Part shown: positions 1 through 8,033 of the stretch, piece by piece | Layout: every line of letters begins with the position of its first letter | Numbering within the stretch: position 1 is the stretch's first letter | From: a virus | Length of the DNA: 64,000 bases | IMG/VR virus record: IMGVR_UViG_3300027797_000020 | Span: 30,329-94,328 of that record | Direction: 5' to 3' (one strand) | Position numbers and translations under genes: made by a program | Notes under the pieces: model-generated | What the model was told of the DNA's origin: nothing | Seen by the model: only the letters and a program-made list of their open reading frames with translations | Databases searched by the model: none

Positions 1-1
1 G

Positions 2-1099
2 TTGTTCTTTAAAAAACGTGGTTACACTCCACTTGTTTGTGATACCGATGGTATGAACTTCTCATTACCTGAAGGGGGTGTTGATGATAGAAGATATGTT
101 GGTAAAGGTCTGAATTGGTTAGTTAAAGAGGGTAAAGAATATGAGGGTTATGATGCCGATGTTGCCGAGTTTAACGATTTGTTTATGAGAGGTGCGATGG
201 GTCTTGATTGTGATGGTACTTGGAAATCTTGTATTAACTTAGCGAGAAAGAACTATGCGACTATGGAACATAAAGGGAAAGTTAAATTAACGGGTAATAC
301 CATTAAATCTAAAAAGTTACCATTGTATATTGAGAAATTCTTAGACAAAGCGGTTAACCATTTATTAGAAGGTCAAGGTAAAGAATTTGTTGAGTGGTAT
401 TATGAATACGTTACCAAAATATTTAACCAAGAAATCCCATTAATGCAAATTGCTCAACGAGCTAAAGTTAAATTATCAATCAAAGATTATTTAACAAGAA
501 CAACTCAAAAAACCAAATCAGGTGGGTCAATGTCAAGAATGGCACATATGGAGTTGGCGATTAAACATAATATGAATACTCAGTTAGGTGATGTTATCTA
601 TTATGTTAACAATGGTGTTCGAGCATCTCACGGTGACGTTCAAAAAGTTAACAAACCTAAAAATGGGTGGAAACAAGAACAACTTGATTTATTTTACGAG
701 GGGTATGGTAAATATCCTGACGATTCTACAGAATCAACAGTTAAACTTAATTGTTATATTCTGAACACATCTGATTTAGAGAATAACCCTGATATGTTAG
801 GTGAATATAATGTACCAAGAGCGGTAACTACGTTTAATAAACGTATCCAACCTTTATTGATTGTTTTTAATAAAGAAGTTAGAGATAACTTATTAGTTAC
901 GGACCCCGAACAACGAGGTTTCTTTACAACCGACCAATGTAGGTTAACTAATGGTTTACCATTTAAAGAGGGTGACCAAGATTCTATTGATGACTTGTTA
1001 ACAGTTACTGAAAAAGAGGTAGAGTTTTGGAATAACATTAATGTTAGTCCTAATTATATCTATGATTTGGCGAGTGACGGTTACGAAGTGTATATATAA
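2..1099 (+). CDS. Family B DNA polymerase, C-terminal part (5'-truncated by window)
   Basis: Motif C 'LVCDTDG' followed by 'ARKNYA' and 'KVKLTG..IK'; thumb-like C-terminus. Confidence 0.85.
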   Translation: MFFKKRGYTPLVCDTDGMNFSLPEGGVDDRRYVGKGLNWLVKEGKEYEGYDADVAEFNDLFMRGAMGLDCDGTWKSCINLARKNYATMEHKGKVKLTGNTIKSKKLPLYIEKFLDKAVNHLLEGQGKEFVEWYYEYVTKIFNQEIPLMQIAQRAKVKLSIKDYLTRTTQKTKSGGSMSRMAHMELAIKHNMNTQLGDVIYYVNNGVRASHGDVQKVNKPKNGWKQEQLDLFYEGYGKYPDDSTESTVKLNCYILNTSDLENNPDMLGEYNVPRAVTTFNKRIQPLLIVFNKEVRDNLLVTDPEQRGFFTTDQCRLTNGLPFKEGDQDSIDDLLTVTEKEVEFWNNINVSPNYIYDLASDGYEVYI

Positions 1100-1102
1100 G
1101 AT

Positions 1103-1134
1103 TTCACAGAGGGAAATCGACTTCCCTCTGTGAA
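1103..1134. terminator. Hairpin between convergent genes (probable bidirectional terminator)
   Basis: Perfect 13-bp stem TTCACAGAGGGAA / TTCCCTCTGTGAA with 6-nt loop. Confidence 0.7.
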
Positions 1135-1139
1135 CTTAA

Positions 1140-1484
1140 TTAGTTCAATTTCAATCCATCAGATGACACAATATACCAAGAACCTTCTATTTGAAGGAAC
1201 TCAACACAAGCACCTTTGTCGATGAATATCTCATCATATTCTTCATCAATTTTACCAATTAATGGTGAAATTAATACTTTAGTTAATGCTTTAATTCTAA
1301 TGTGATTTGTTGTTGAGGAATCAAGTATCAATCTACAATTCTCAACATCTTTAATTACTAAGAAAAACTCACCATCAGTTTTATAAACTGAATCTCGAAT
1401 AATTCTACTTACGGGGTCATTAAATCCTCGTAAGTATATTTTTTCTCCAACTAATTTTCTTTCTGTGTTTCTATGATGGTCCAT
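1140..1484 (-). CDS. Hypothetical protein, 114 aa, beta-rich
   Basis: ORF starts 2 nt after the neck gene stop; no recognisable family motif. Confidence 0.6.
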   Translation of the reverse strand: MDHHRNTERKLVGEKIYLRGFNDPVSRIIRDSVYKTDGEFFLVIKDVENCRLILDSSTTNHIRIKALTKVLISPLIGKIDEEYDEIFIDKGACVEFLQIEGSWYIVSSDGLKLN

Positions 1485-1485
1485 A

Positions 1486-2613
1486 TTATATTACATAAAT
1501 TTGTCTTGGGAACGCCCTAAACTTCATTTGTTTATTTAAGTTTTCAGCGATTAACGCTTCACGTTCCATAACCTTTTCAGGTTTTAATCTTGTTAATCTT
1601 CCTTCAGCCCCCGTTAATTCCTCAATTAACTTAGTTTTCTCATCTTTACCTTCAGTTGCTAATGATTGATAGTCCATTGTCAATTCAGAATCAGGTGTTT
1701 TTAAATTACCACTATATTTTCCACGAACTTTAGATAACGTCTCTTTACAAGACGCAACAAACCAACGTCTAACCCAAACTTGAGCCGGGTTATTTAATTC
1801 GGTCCAAGACATTTTGTCAAATGGAACATCTGATGGTAATTTAATTATATCAGGATTATCTTTTAAACATTTATCTCTGTCCGCAGGACCCACATCGTAA
1901 TACCAATACCAAACTTTACCTCTCATTAAACTAGAGTTACCAAAGTCAAATTTACCTCCAGGTGTTTGCATTAAGTGTAACGCTTTTTTACCTTCAGGTA
2001 ATGCGGTAATTTTATAAGTTAAATCACCTGTAATGATTCTTCTTTGGATGTTGATTTCCTGCATTCTTAATAACATATCGAAAGCCGGCATCATTAAGAA
2101 ACTCATTCCGGTATTACCCATTTGGGCTAGACCACCACCACCTCCAAGACCACCACCGGCACCTAAAGCACCAAATGACCAAGGGTCAAACATTGCATTA
2201 TTTAATTCTGCGGATGAAAACCAAAGAACCTCGTTGATTTCACGATTGGCAGGAATTTCATATATTTGCTGATTCTTTTGTAACTCAATATAATCTTTTT
2301 TCAATTCCCATTCACCACCGGCTTGTAGACCGACAATTTTAGAATATGCGTAAGAATATCTTGTTTCATAATCTAAACTTTTAGATAAGAAAGCCCTACT
2401 TAATGATTGGGTATCAAGATTTAAGTTATATAGTGAAGTCCATTGTGACTCGATTAACCAATTTTGGACTTGTTCAGAATAATCATCAATAGAAAATTCT
2501 AACAAAGTATCCATTTGTTCATCATCAAGTTCAACTGAACGTAAAGGAGCACCTAATAGGTGTCGTACCTTTTTATATAGTTCACTTCTATGTGGTTCCG
2601 GAATTATTGACAT
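1486..2613 (-). CDS. Neck / head-tail adaptor protein (T4 gp13-like)
   Basis: N-terminus 'ELYKKVRHLLGAPLRSVELDDEQMD' resembles T4 gp13 '[24 protein letters not shown]'; C-terminal 'WVRRW..A..KE.L..VRGKY'. Confidence 0.8.
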   Translation of the reverse strand: MSIIPEPHRSELYKKVRHLLGAPLRSVELDDEQMDTLLEFSIDDYSEQVQNWLIESQWTSLYNLNLDTQSLSRAFLSKSLDYETRYSYAYSKIVGLQAGGEWELKKDYIELQKNQQIYEIPANREINEVLWFSSAELNNAMFDPWSFGALGAGGGLGGGGGLAQMGNTGMSFLMMPAFDMLLRMQEINIQRRIITGDLTYKITALPEGKKALHLMQTPGGKFDFGNSSLMRGKVWYWYYDVGPADRDKCLKDNPDIIKLPSDVPFDKMSWTELNNPAQVWVRRWFVASCKETLSKVRGKYSGNLKTPDSELTMDYQSLATEGKDEKTKLIEELTGAEGRLTRLKPEKVMEREALIAENLNKQMKFRAFPRQIYVI

Positions 2614-2636
2614 AGTTTTGTTTTTCTATATAAATA

Positions 2637-4175
2637 TCAATCTATAGTATAAATTAAATCATTTTCAGGAAAAACAAACATACCCCCAACTATTTTAGTG
2701 TTTTTATTATCGAACACTAAAACCTCTTTATTATTCTTGGCGAATATTAACCAATCAGTTTTATAATTTTTAACGTTACCCGACCCTAAAATAATAATTT
2801 CATTATTGGACTGTTTAACACCGGTGAAAGGTTTAACTTGTGATGTCTTTATTTCACCATCAACTTTAATCTCACAGTCAATACCACCAATCATATCTTC
2901 TTTACTACCTAACTTACCAATCTTAGTAACATTATCTTTACCAAAAATAGTTTTCAATTTAGTAACCACATAATCTTCTCTTTGTTCCCCCCAAGTATTA
3001 GTTTGGTTTAACACCGACATTAGATTTTGGAATGTTGAAGATTCAACTGAGAATATTCTTGACTTGTAATAATCAATCACTTTGATAAAACGTTTAGTTT
3101 CACTAACTTGGTCAAAATTATTTCTACCGATTAAATCAATTTCGGGTTTGTTTAACTTTACTAAAACTCTGTTTACGTCTTGCATTAAAACACAGAACGT
3201 ACTGTAGTTGGTATTTAATTTATTAATTACCGACCTACCTTGACCTTCTAAATCATAAACACCCGACATTTCCCCCGGTCCATACTTATCTTTACCGTAG
3301 AAATTATTAGGGAACACATCTTTAAGGATTCGATTGATTGCGTTTTTGTATGTGTTTTTAACTTCAGGATTTGAATTGAATATCTGACGTATTTTCTCAG
3401 TCAATTCACGACTACATCTTTCAGATTTTTGTTCCGTAAGTACAACTTTAATTTGAGTACCCTCAGTTAATTTAGTCTTAACTTTCATTGAATATAATTT
3501 ATCAACGAATTCCCAATTAACACATTTCCAAAAGTTAGTTATATATTCATCCCTTTTGTTACGGTACTTCAAATAGTAAGCGTGTTCCCACAAATCCAAA
3601 CCTAATAATGGATAACCACCATTTTTAACCACATTCATTAATGGGTTATCTTGATTGGGGGTTGATACGATTTTTAAACGATTTTGTTTAGTTAAAACTA
3701 ACCAAACCCAACCTGAACCAAATCTTTGTTTCGCTACTTCCTCAAATTTAACTTTAAACTCATTGAATGATTCGAATTGTTTAACAATTTTGTTAAAAAC
3801 TCTACCATTTGGTTTTTGTGTTTTGGGTGTTAACATTTTCCAAAACAATGCGTGATTAAAAGCACCACCGGCATTGTTTCGGATTGTTTTATTGTATTGA
3901 CCAATACTCTTGATGATTTGTTCTAACTCTAAATCACCATAATTACCTTTCTCTAACGCGACATTTAATTTCTCGACATAACCCTTATAATGTTTGTTAT
4001 AATGGTATGACATTGTTTCTTCGTCAATAAATTGTTTCAAGGCTGAGTAAGCGTAGGGTAACTTTTCAATCCCTATCTTTTTCATTTCCGTAAGGAAAAG
4101 TTCTTTGTTTTTTTCTTTATCAATTGTTTCTAACTTTTCAGTTATAACTTTGATACGTTCTTCAATTACTTTCAT
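2637..4175 (-). CDS. sod: Fe/Mn superoxide dismutase (Mn-type signatures) fused to a C-terminal putative PD-(D/E)xK nuclease domain
   Basis: LPYAYSAL..IDEETMSYHYNKH, NNAGGAFNHALFW, FGSGWVWL, NQDNP, DLWEHAYY (all four metal ligands). About 280 extra C-terminal aa with GEQRE...EDMIGGIDCE...SQVKP. ATG 4175 preferred over TTG 4196. Confidence 0.85.
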   Translation of the reverse strand: MKVIEERIKVITEKLETIDKEKNKELFLTEMKKIGIEKLPYAYSALKQFIDEETMSYHYNKHYKGYVEKLNVALEKGNYGDLELEQIIKSIGQYNKTIRNNAGGAFNHALFWKMLTPKTQKPNGRVFNKIVKQFESFNEFKVKFEEVAKQRFGSGWVWLVLTKQNRLKIVSTPNQDNPLMNVVKNGGYPLLGLDLWEHAYYLKYRNKRDEYITNFWKCVNWEFVDKLYSMKVKTKLTEGTQIKVVLTEQKSERCSRELTEKIRQIFNSNPEVKNTYKNAINRILKDVFPNNFYGKDKYGPGEMSGVYDLEGQGRSVINKLNTNYSTFCVLMQDVNRVLVKLNKPEIDLIGRNNFDQVSETKRFIKVIDYYKSRIFSVESSTFQNLMSVLNQTNTWGEQREDYVVTKLKTIFGKDNVTKIGKLGSKEDMIGGIDCEIKVDGEIKTSQVKPFTGVKQSNNEIIILGSGNVKNYKTDWLIFAKNNKEVLVFDNKNTKIVGGMFVFPENDLIYTID

Positions 4176-4217
4176 TTTGCTTATTATTATATCCAATAAA
4201 TAAGCGGAAGTTTTGAT

Positions 4218-5975
4218 TTATCTCCTTTGGTTGATTTGATTCATCATTTGTTCAACAAAGTCACCTTTATCTAAATTGTCTCCCATCACTGTTTCAAACA
4301 CATTTTTTTTGTAATTTAACATATCGTAAATTATACCTTCAATTGTGTTTTCAAATATCGGATAGTAAACTGATACCGTATTTTTTTGACCGTATCGGTA
4401 AGCCCTATCTTCAGCTTGTGAGTGGTCAGAAGGGACAAATGATAAGTCATTCATAATACAAGCCTCGCCAGCGGTGAGAGTAATACCAACACCCGCAGCT
4501 TTTAAGTTTCCAACAAAAACTTTAATTTTGTCATTTTCCTGAAATTGGTCAACTGCGTATTGTCTTTGTGGTTTGGTACAAGACCCATCCAAATAAACAG
4601 ATTGTTTTCCAAAATGTTCGTGAATTTTTTTTAACGTATCTGTAAAGTTTGTGAATATTATTACTTTTTTATCTTGGTCAATAATATTTTGGGCTAATTC
4701 TATTGTTTGTTTTATTTTTTCTTCCGCAATTATTTGTCTTACTTTCATTAACTTACTAAATTGTACAGTTAATGATTTAGACTCGTCTTTTTTATTTTCA
4801 TACCAATCGTAGTATTCACCCACTTCAGTTTCGTAATCTTTAGATTTTAATCTAAGATAAACAGGTGTGATAATTTTGTCAGGTAAATCTAACACTTCGG
4901 TTTTTAGTCGTCTTAATACTTGTCTTGAGGTCCTATCTCTAAGTTCCTCTAAATTGGATGCTCCTGACACGTTCCATATCTTTCTTTTACCGGCAGTGAA
5001 CTGATAACCTTGACAATACCTAATCGCGTAAGCCATCCAATTTTGTGCAACAGGACTCTCAATCAAACTCAATAAGTTAAAATAATTCATAGGTCGTGAT
5101 GTCATCGGAGTACCCGTTAACAACCATAATTTATCAACTTTAGTTGAGAAACTATTAATTAGTTTTGTTCTTTGAGCTTGAGCGTTTTGTATATAGTGAG
5201 CCTCATCAATGATGATTAAATCAAAATTACCTTTGGTAATGATTGAATTTTCTTTATCTTTGAGGTCGTAAAAGTTCTTTAATATGTCGTAATTTACAAT
5301 AACAAAATCGTGTTCGGTTGAGAAGTGTTTTCCTTCAGAAATATAAATTGGTCTATCTGAATAATTCTCAATCTCACGTTGCCAGTTAATCTTTAAGGTT
5401 GCGGGACAAATGATTAATATTTTTTTAGCCCCTGTTTCTAATGCCGCTATAATAGTTGAGGTCGTTTTTCCAAGACCCATATCATCCGCTAATATAAATC
5501 TTTTTGACCCCGCTAATGATTCGATAGCAATCTTTTGATGTTCCAATGGTGGTCGGTGAGAATATTTAGAATAATCGACAACCACATTTTCCACTTTATG
5601 GGTTTTTAACATCGCACCTTTCGGCATCCAAAAATCGTGGATAGTTTCGTCCTCTTTAATTTTACCCCAAATATGATATGATTTTTCTTTCTCCACTAAA
5701 AGTTTTTCAACCCAAACTTGTTTAGGTATTTCAGTGTATAAATTTTGGTCCGCAATTTTTTTAGCAAAATACGGGTCTAACTCAACCCACTTTTTCGCAA
5801 CTTTAGGTTGTGTGTCCGAATAATTAATAATATACTCCGATTGTGGTCTTGTTGGGTAAAACTTTTTGTTAGATTCTTTTTGTAATTTTAATTTTAAAAT
5901 ATAGTTATTACCCCCTGAATAATTTTCAAGAATATGTATTGCCTGTTGTTCTATTGATGTTTTTTTGTTTTCCAA
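4218..5975 (-). CDS. SNF2/SWI2-family helicase (SMARCAL1/HARP-like)
   Basis: ILADDMGLGKT, CPATLKINW, DEAH, LTGTP, GVGITLT, QAEDRAYRYGQ; TTG start. Confidence 0.93.
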   Translation of the reverse strand: MENKKTSIEQQAIHILENYSGGNNYILKLKLQKESNKKFYPTRPQSEYIINYSDTQPKVAKKWVELDPYFAKKIADQNLYTEIPKQVWVEKLLVEKEKSYHIWGKIKEDETIHDFWMPKGAMLKTHKVENVVVDYSKYSHRPPLEHQKIAIESLAGSKRFILADDMGLGKTTSTIIAALETGAKKILIICPATLKINWQREIENYSDRPIYISEGKHFSTEHDFVIVNYDILKNFYDLKDKENSIITKGNFDLIIIDEAHYIQNAQAQRTKLINSFSTKVDKLWLLTGTPMTSRPMNYFNLLSLIESPVAQNWMAYAIRYCQGYQFTAGKRKIWNVSGASNLEELRDRTSRQVLRRLKTEVLDLPDKIITPVYLRLKSKDYETEVGEYYDWYENKKDESKSLTVQFSKLMKVRQIIAEEKIKQTIELAQNIIDQDKKVIIFTNFTDTLKKIHEHFGKQSVYLDGSCTKPQRQYAVDQFQENDKIKVFVGNLKAAGVGITLTAGEACIMNDLSFVPSDHSQAEDRAYRYGQKNTVSVYYPIFENTIEGIIYDMLNYKKNVFETVMGDNLDKGDFVEQMMNQINQRR

Positions 5976-5998
5976 AACTATTTGTTTATATAAAAATA

Positions 5999-6018
5999 AT
6001 AAATATTAAGATATTTAT
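5999..6018. promoter_or_regulatory. Back-to-back TATTTAT motifs (divergent putative late promoters)
   Basis: ATAAATAT-TAAG-ATATTTAT inverted arrangement between the divergent SNF2 and gp14-like genes. Confidence 0.55.
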
Positions 6019-6022
6019 CAAT

Positions 6023-6538
6023 ATGTCTAACAATAATGTTCCAATAACACGTTTGGGTAAATTTTTCGGAGGTGAAGATTTTAACCTAGATTTAAATATG
6101 GGTGAAGAGTGGCTTCACGGTGATATGAATTTCACGTTAGTTTTGTATCGTGTAGATAGAATCAAAACTAAGACGGATGACGTATATGGTGAATCAGTGT
6201 CTGATGGTATTAAGTTTTTACCACCTGTTGAATTTAAAGGTTATGTCCAAATATTGGCTCCTGAGAATAAAACTATTGGAACGTCTAAAATAGACCAATT
6301 TGAACCAGGTAATCTTAAAGTTGGGGTTTATCAACATCATTTAGATGATTTGGGTATAGATATCACTTACGGGGATTACATTGGTTATTATGAAACTGAA
6401 ACAAAGGTGAGATACTACACAGTTAATAATGATGGTAGGGTTGTATCTGACAATAAACATAATTACGCAGGAACAAGACCTTACTATAGAAGTATTGGTG
6501 CGTCACCTGTTACCGATAACGAATTTAGAGGATTATGA
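6023..6538 (+). CDS. Putative neck/head-closure protein (T4 gp14-like)
   Basis: 'LVLYRVD...DDVYGE...KF...VE' pattern and position in the neck-tail module. True start ATG 6023; the longer track ORF overlaps the SNF2 gene. Confidence 0.55.
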   Translation: MSNNNVPITRLGKFFGGEDFNLDLNMGEEWLHGDMNFTLVLYRVDRIKTKTDDVYGESVSDGIKFLPPVEFKGYVQILAPENKTIGTSKIDQFEPGNLKVGVYQHHLDDLGIDITYGDYIGYYETETKVRYYTVNNDGRVVSDNKHNYAGTRPYYRSIGASPVTDNEFRGL

Positions 6539-6702
6539 GAATTGTTATAACTGAACGTCAATTTAAACTGATAGAAAGTATTATTGAGAATGAAATCTTT
6601 TGTGATAAATGTAATTGGAATTGGGATTGGTCTGTAGAAGAAGGCAAACCTGACCAATACATATGTCATAAATGTGGTCACGATAACACACCTAAAAAAT
6701 AA
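6535..6702 (+). CDS. Small zinc-ribbon protein, 55 aa (not in ORF track)
   Basis: MRIVITERQFKLIESIIENEIFCDKCNWNWDWSVEEGKPDQYICHKCGHDNTPKK; two CxxC; ATGA overlap with the upstream stop; fills the gap. Confidence 0.75.
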   Translation: MRIVITERQFKLIESIIENEIFCDKCNWNWDWSVEEGKPDQYICHKCGHDNTPKK

Positions 6703-6706
6703 TAAA

Positions 6707-7750
6707 ATGGGATTACCAAAGAAAAGTAATATTAAAAAACATATTCCATTGACGGAATCTAAAACACTTTTACCGAGAAGATATGAGTTATTAGATAAAA
6801 TCAACAAAGATGGAACATACCTACCAAAGTCGTTATTACACGCCGATTTGGATGGGGGGTTTTTGAATTTTGTTAAGACTGACTTACAGACTATTGTCGA
6901 TGGTAAAAAAATCCCAATGATTGATATTCTAATAACAACACAAAATTGGTCCCAATTTATTGAGACTTGGAATTTCCAAAATTTAGATAAAAATGCCGAA
7001 CCCCCTTTTATAACTGTTGTTAGAATTCCTGAAGTAAAATACGGTACGAATCCTGCAGTTGTTTATAACATCCCAAATAGACGACAATATTTTTATTCAC
7101 AAGTTCCAACTTGGGACGGACAAAGAAATGGTATGGACATTTATAAAATACCACAACCTGTTCCTGTTGACATTACTTACCAAGTTAAAATTGTTTGTAA
7201 TCGAATGAGAGAATTAAATAAATTCAATCAAATTGTATTAGAAAAGTTCGCATCCAAACAAGCCTACACTAATATTAAAGGACATTATATTCCGATTGTA
7301 CAAGGTAACATTTCTGATGAATCAGTTAATGAATTAGAAAAAAGAAAATATTACATTCAAACTTATGAGTTTACAATGTTAGGGTTTTTAATTGATGAAG
7401 ATGAATTTGAAGTTTCACCGGCAATAAATAGAGCGTTAATCGCATATGAAGTTGACACTCAGTTATCAAGAAAACAACAAAAAAATAATTCAAATCCAAG
7501 TAGTACTATTTCATCAATATTATTTGTTGCAGGAAACGACACTATTACTCAATTATTTGATTATACGGTTAATATTAATTTAGGTGAAACCATTAATGTT
7601 GAAACGTTTGACGCATACATTAATAACCAATATATTGGTAGTGATGTTAGTGAAATCCAAATTAACACTAAGGACGTGTTAATGATTATTGTAACTAAAA
7701 AAGACAACACATTAGATGCGACAATCTCATTGAACAACGAGTTACTTTAA
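6707..7750 (+). CDS. Tail completion / sheath terminator (T4 gp15-like)
   Basis: 'PQPVPVDITYQVKIVCNRMRELNKFNQIVLEKF' matches the gp15-type PVP...Q...F segment; directly upstream of sheath; ATG 6707. Confidence 0.65.
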   Translation: MGLPKKSNIKKHIPLTESKTLLPRRYELLDKINKDGTYLPKSLLHADLDGGFLNFVKTDLQTIVDGKKIPMIDILITTQNWSQFIETWNFQNLDKNAEPPFITVVRIPEVKYGTNPAVVYNIPNRRQYFYSQVPTWDGQRNGMDIYKIPQPVPVDITYQVKIVCNRMRELNKFNQIVLEKFASKQAYTNIKGHYIPIVQGNISDESVNELEKRKYYIQTYEFTMLGFLIDEDEFEVSPAINRALIAYEVDTQLSRKQQKNNSNPSSTISSILFVAGNDTITQLFDYTVNINLGETINVETFDAYINNQYIGSDVSEIQINTKDVLMIIVTKKDNTLDATISLNNELL

Positions 7751-7911
7751 TCTTCACCGTAAATATCCTTCTTATCCTTACATTTTTCAATAATTAACTT
7801 TTCCAAAAAACGGTATATTTTTATACCTCTTTTGTCACAGTAATTTTTCAAAACCTCGTGAACTTCTTCAGATATTTTTAAATTTTTAATCTTTTTATTA
7901 TCATCAGCCAT
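7747..7911 (-). CDS. Small ribbon-helix-helix-like DNA-binding protein, 54 aa (not in ORF track)
   Basis: MADDNKKIKNLKISEEVHEVLKNYCDKRGIKIYRFLEKLIIEKCKDKKDIYGED: strand-helix-G-helix pattern; own TATTTATA motif upstream. Confidence 0.65.
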   Translation of the reverse strand: MADDNKKIKNLKISEEVHEVLKNYCDKRGIKIYRFLEKLIIEKCKDKKDIYGED

Positions 7912-7912
7912 A

Positions 7913-7997
7913 GTAGAAAAAAGGTAGAAAATAATCTACCTAAAATATAAATACCTCGTAGAAAGTAAAGTATTTTGGTTTTTTTCGGAATATTTAT
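7913..7997. promoter_or_regulatory. Divergent promoter/operator region between RHH gene and tail sheath
   Basis: Inverted repeat AGGTAGA-N6-TCTACCT (7922-7941), GTAGAAA x3, TATTTATA on minus (7946-7953), TATTTAT on plus (7991-7997). Confidence 0.5.
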
Positions 7998-8033
7998 CAA
8001 ATAAATAAATCTTTTAAGAAAAACAAAAAAATA

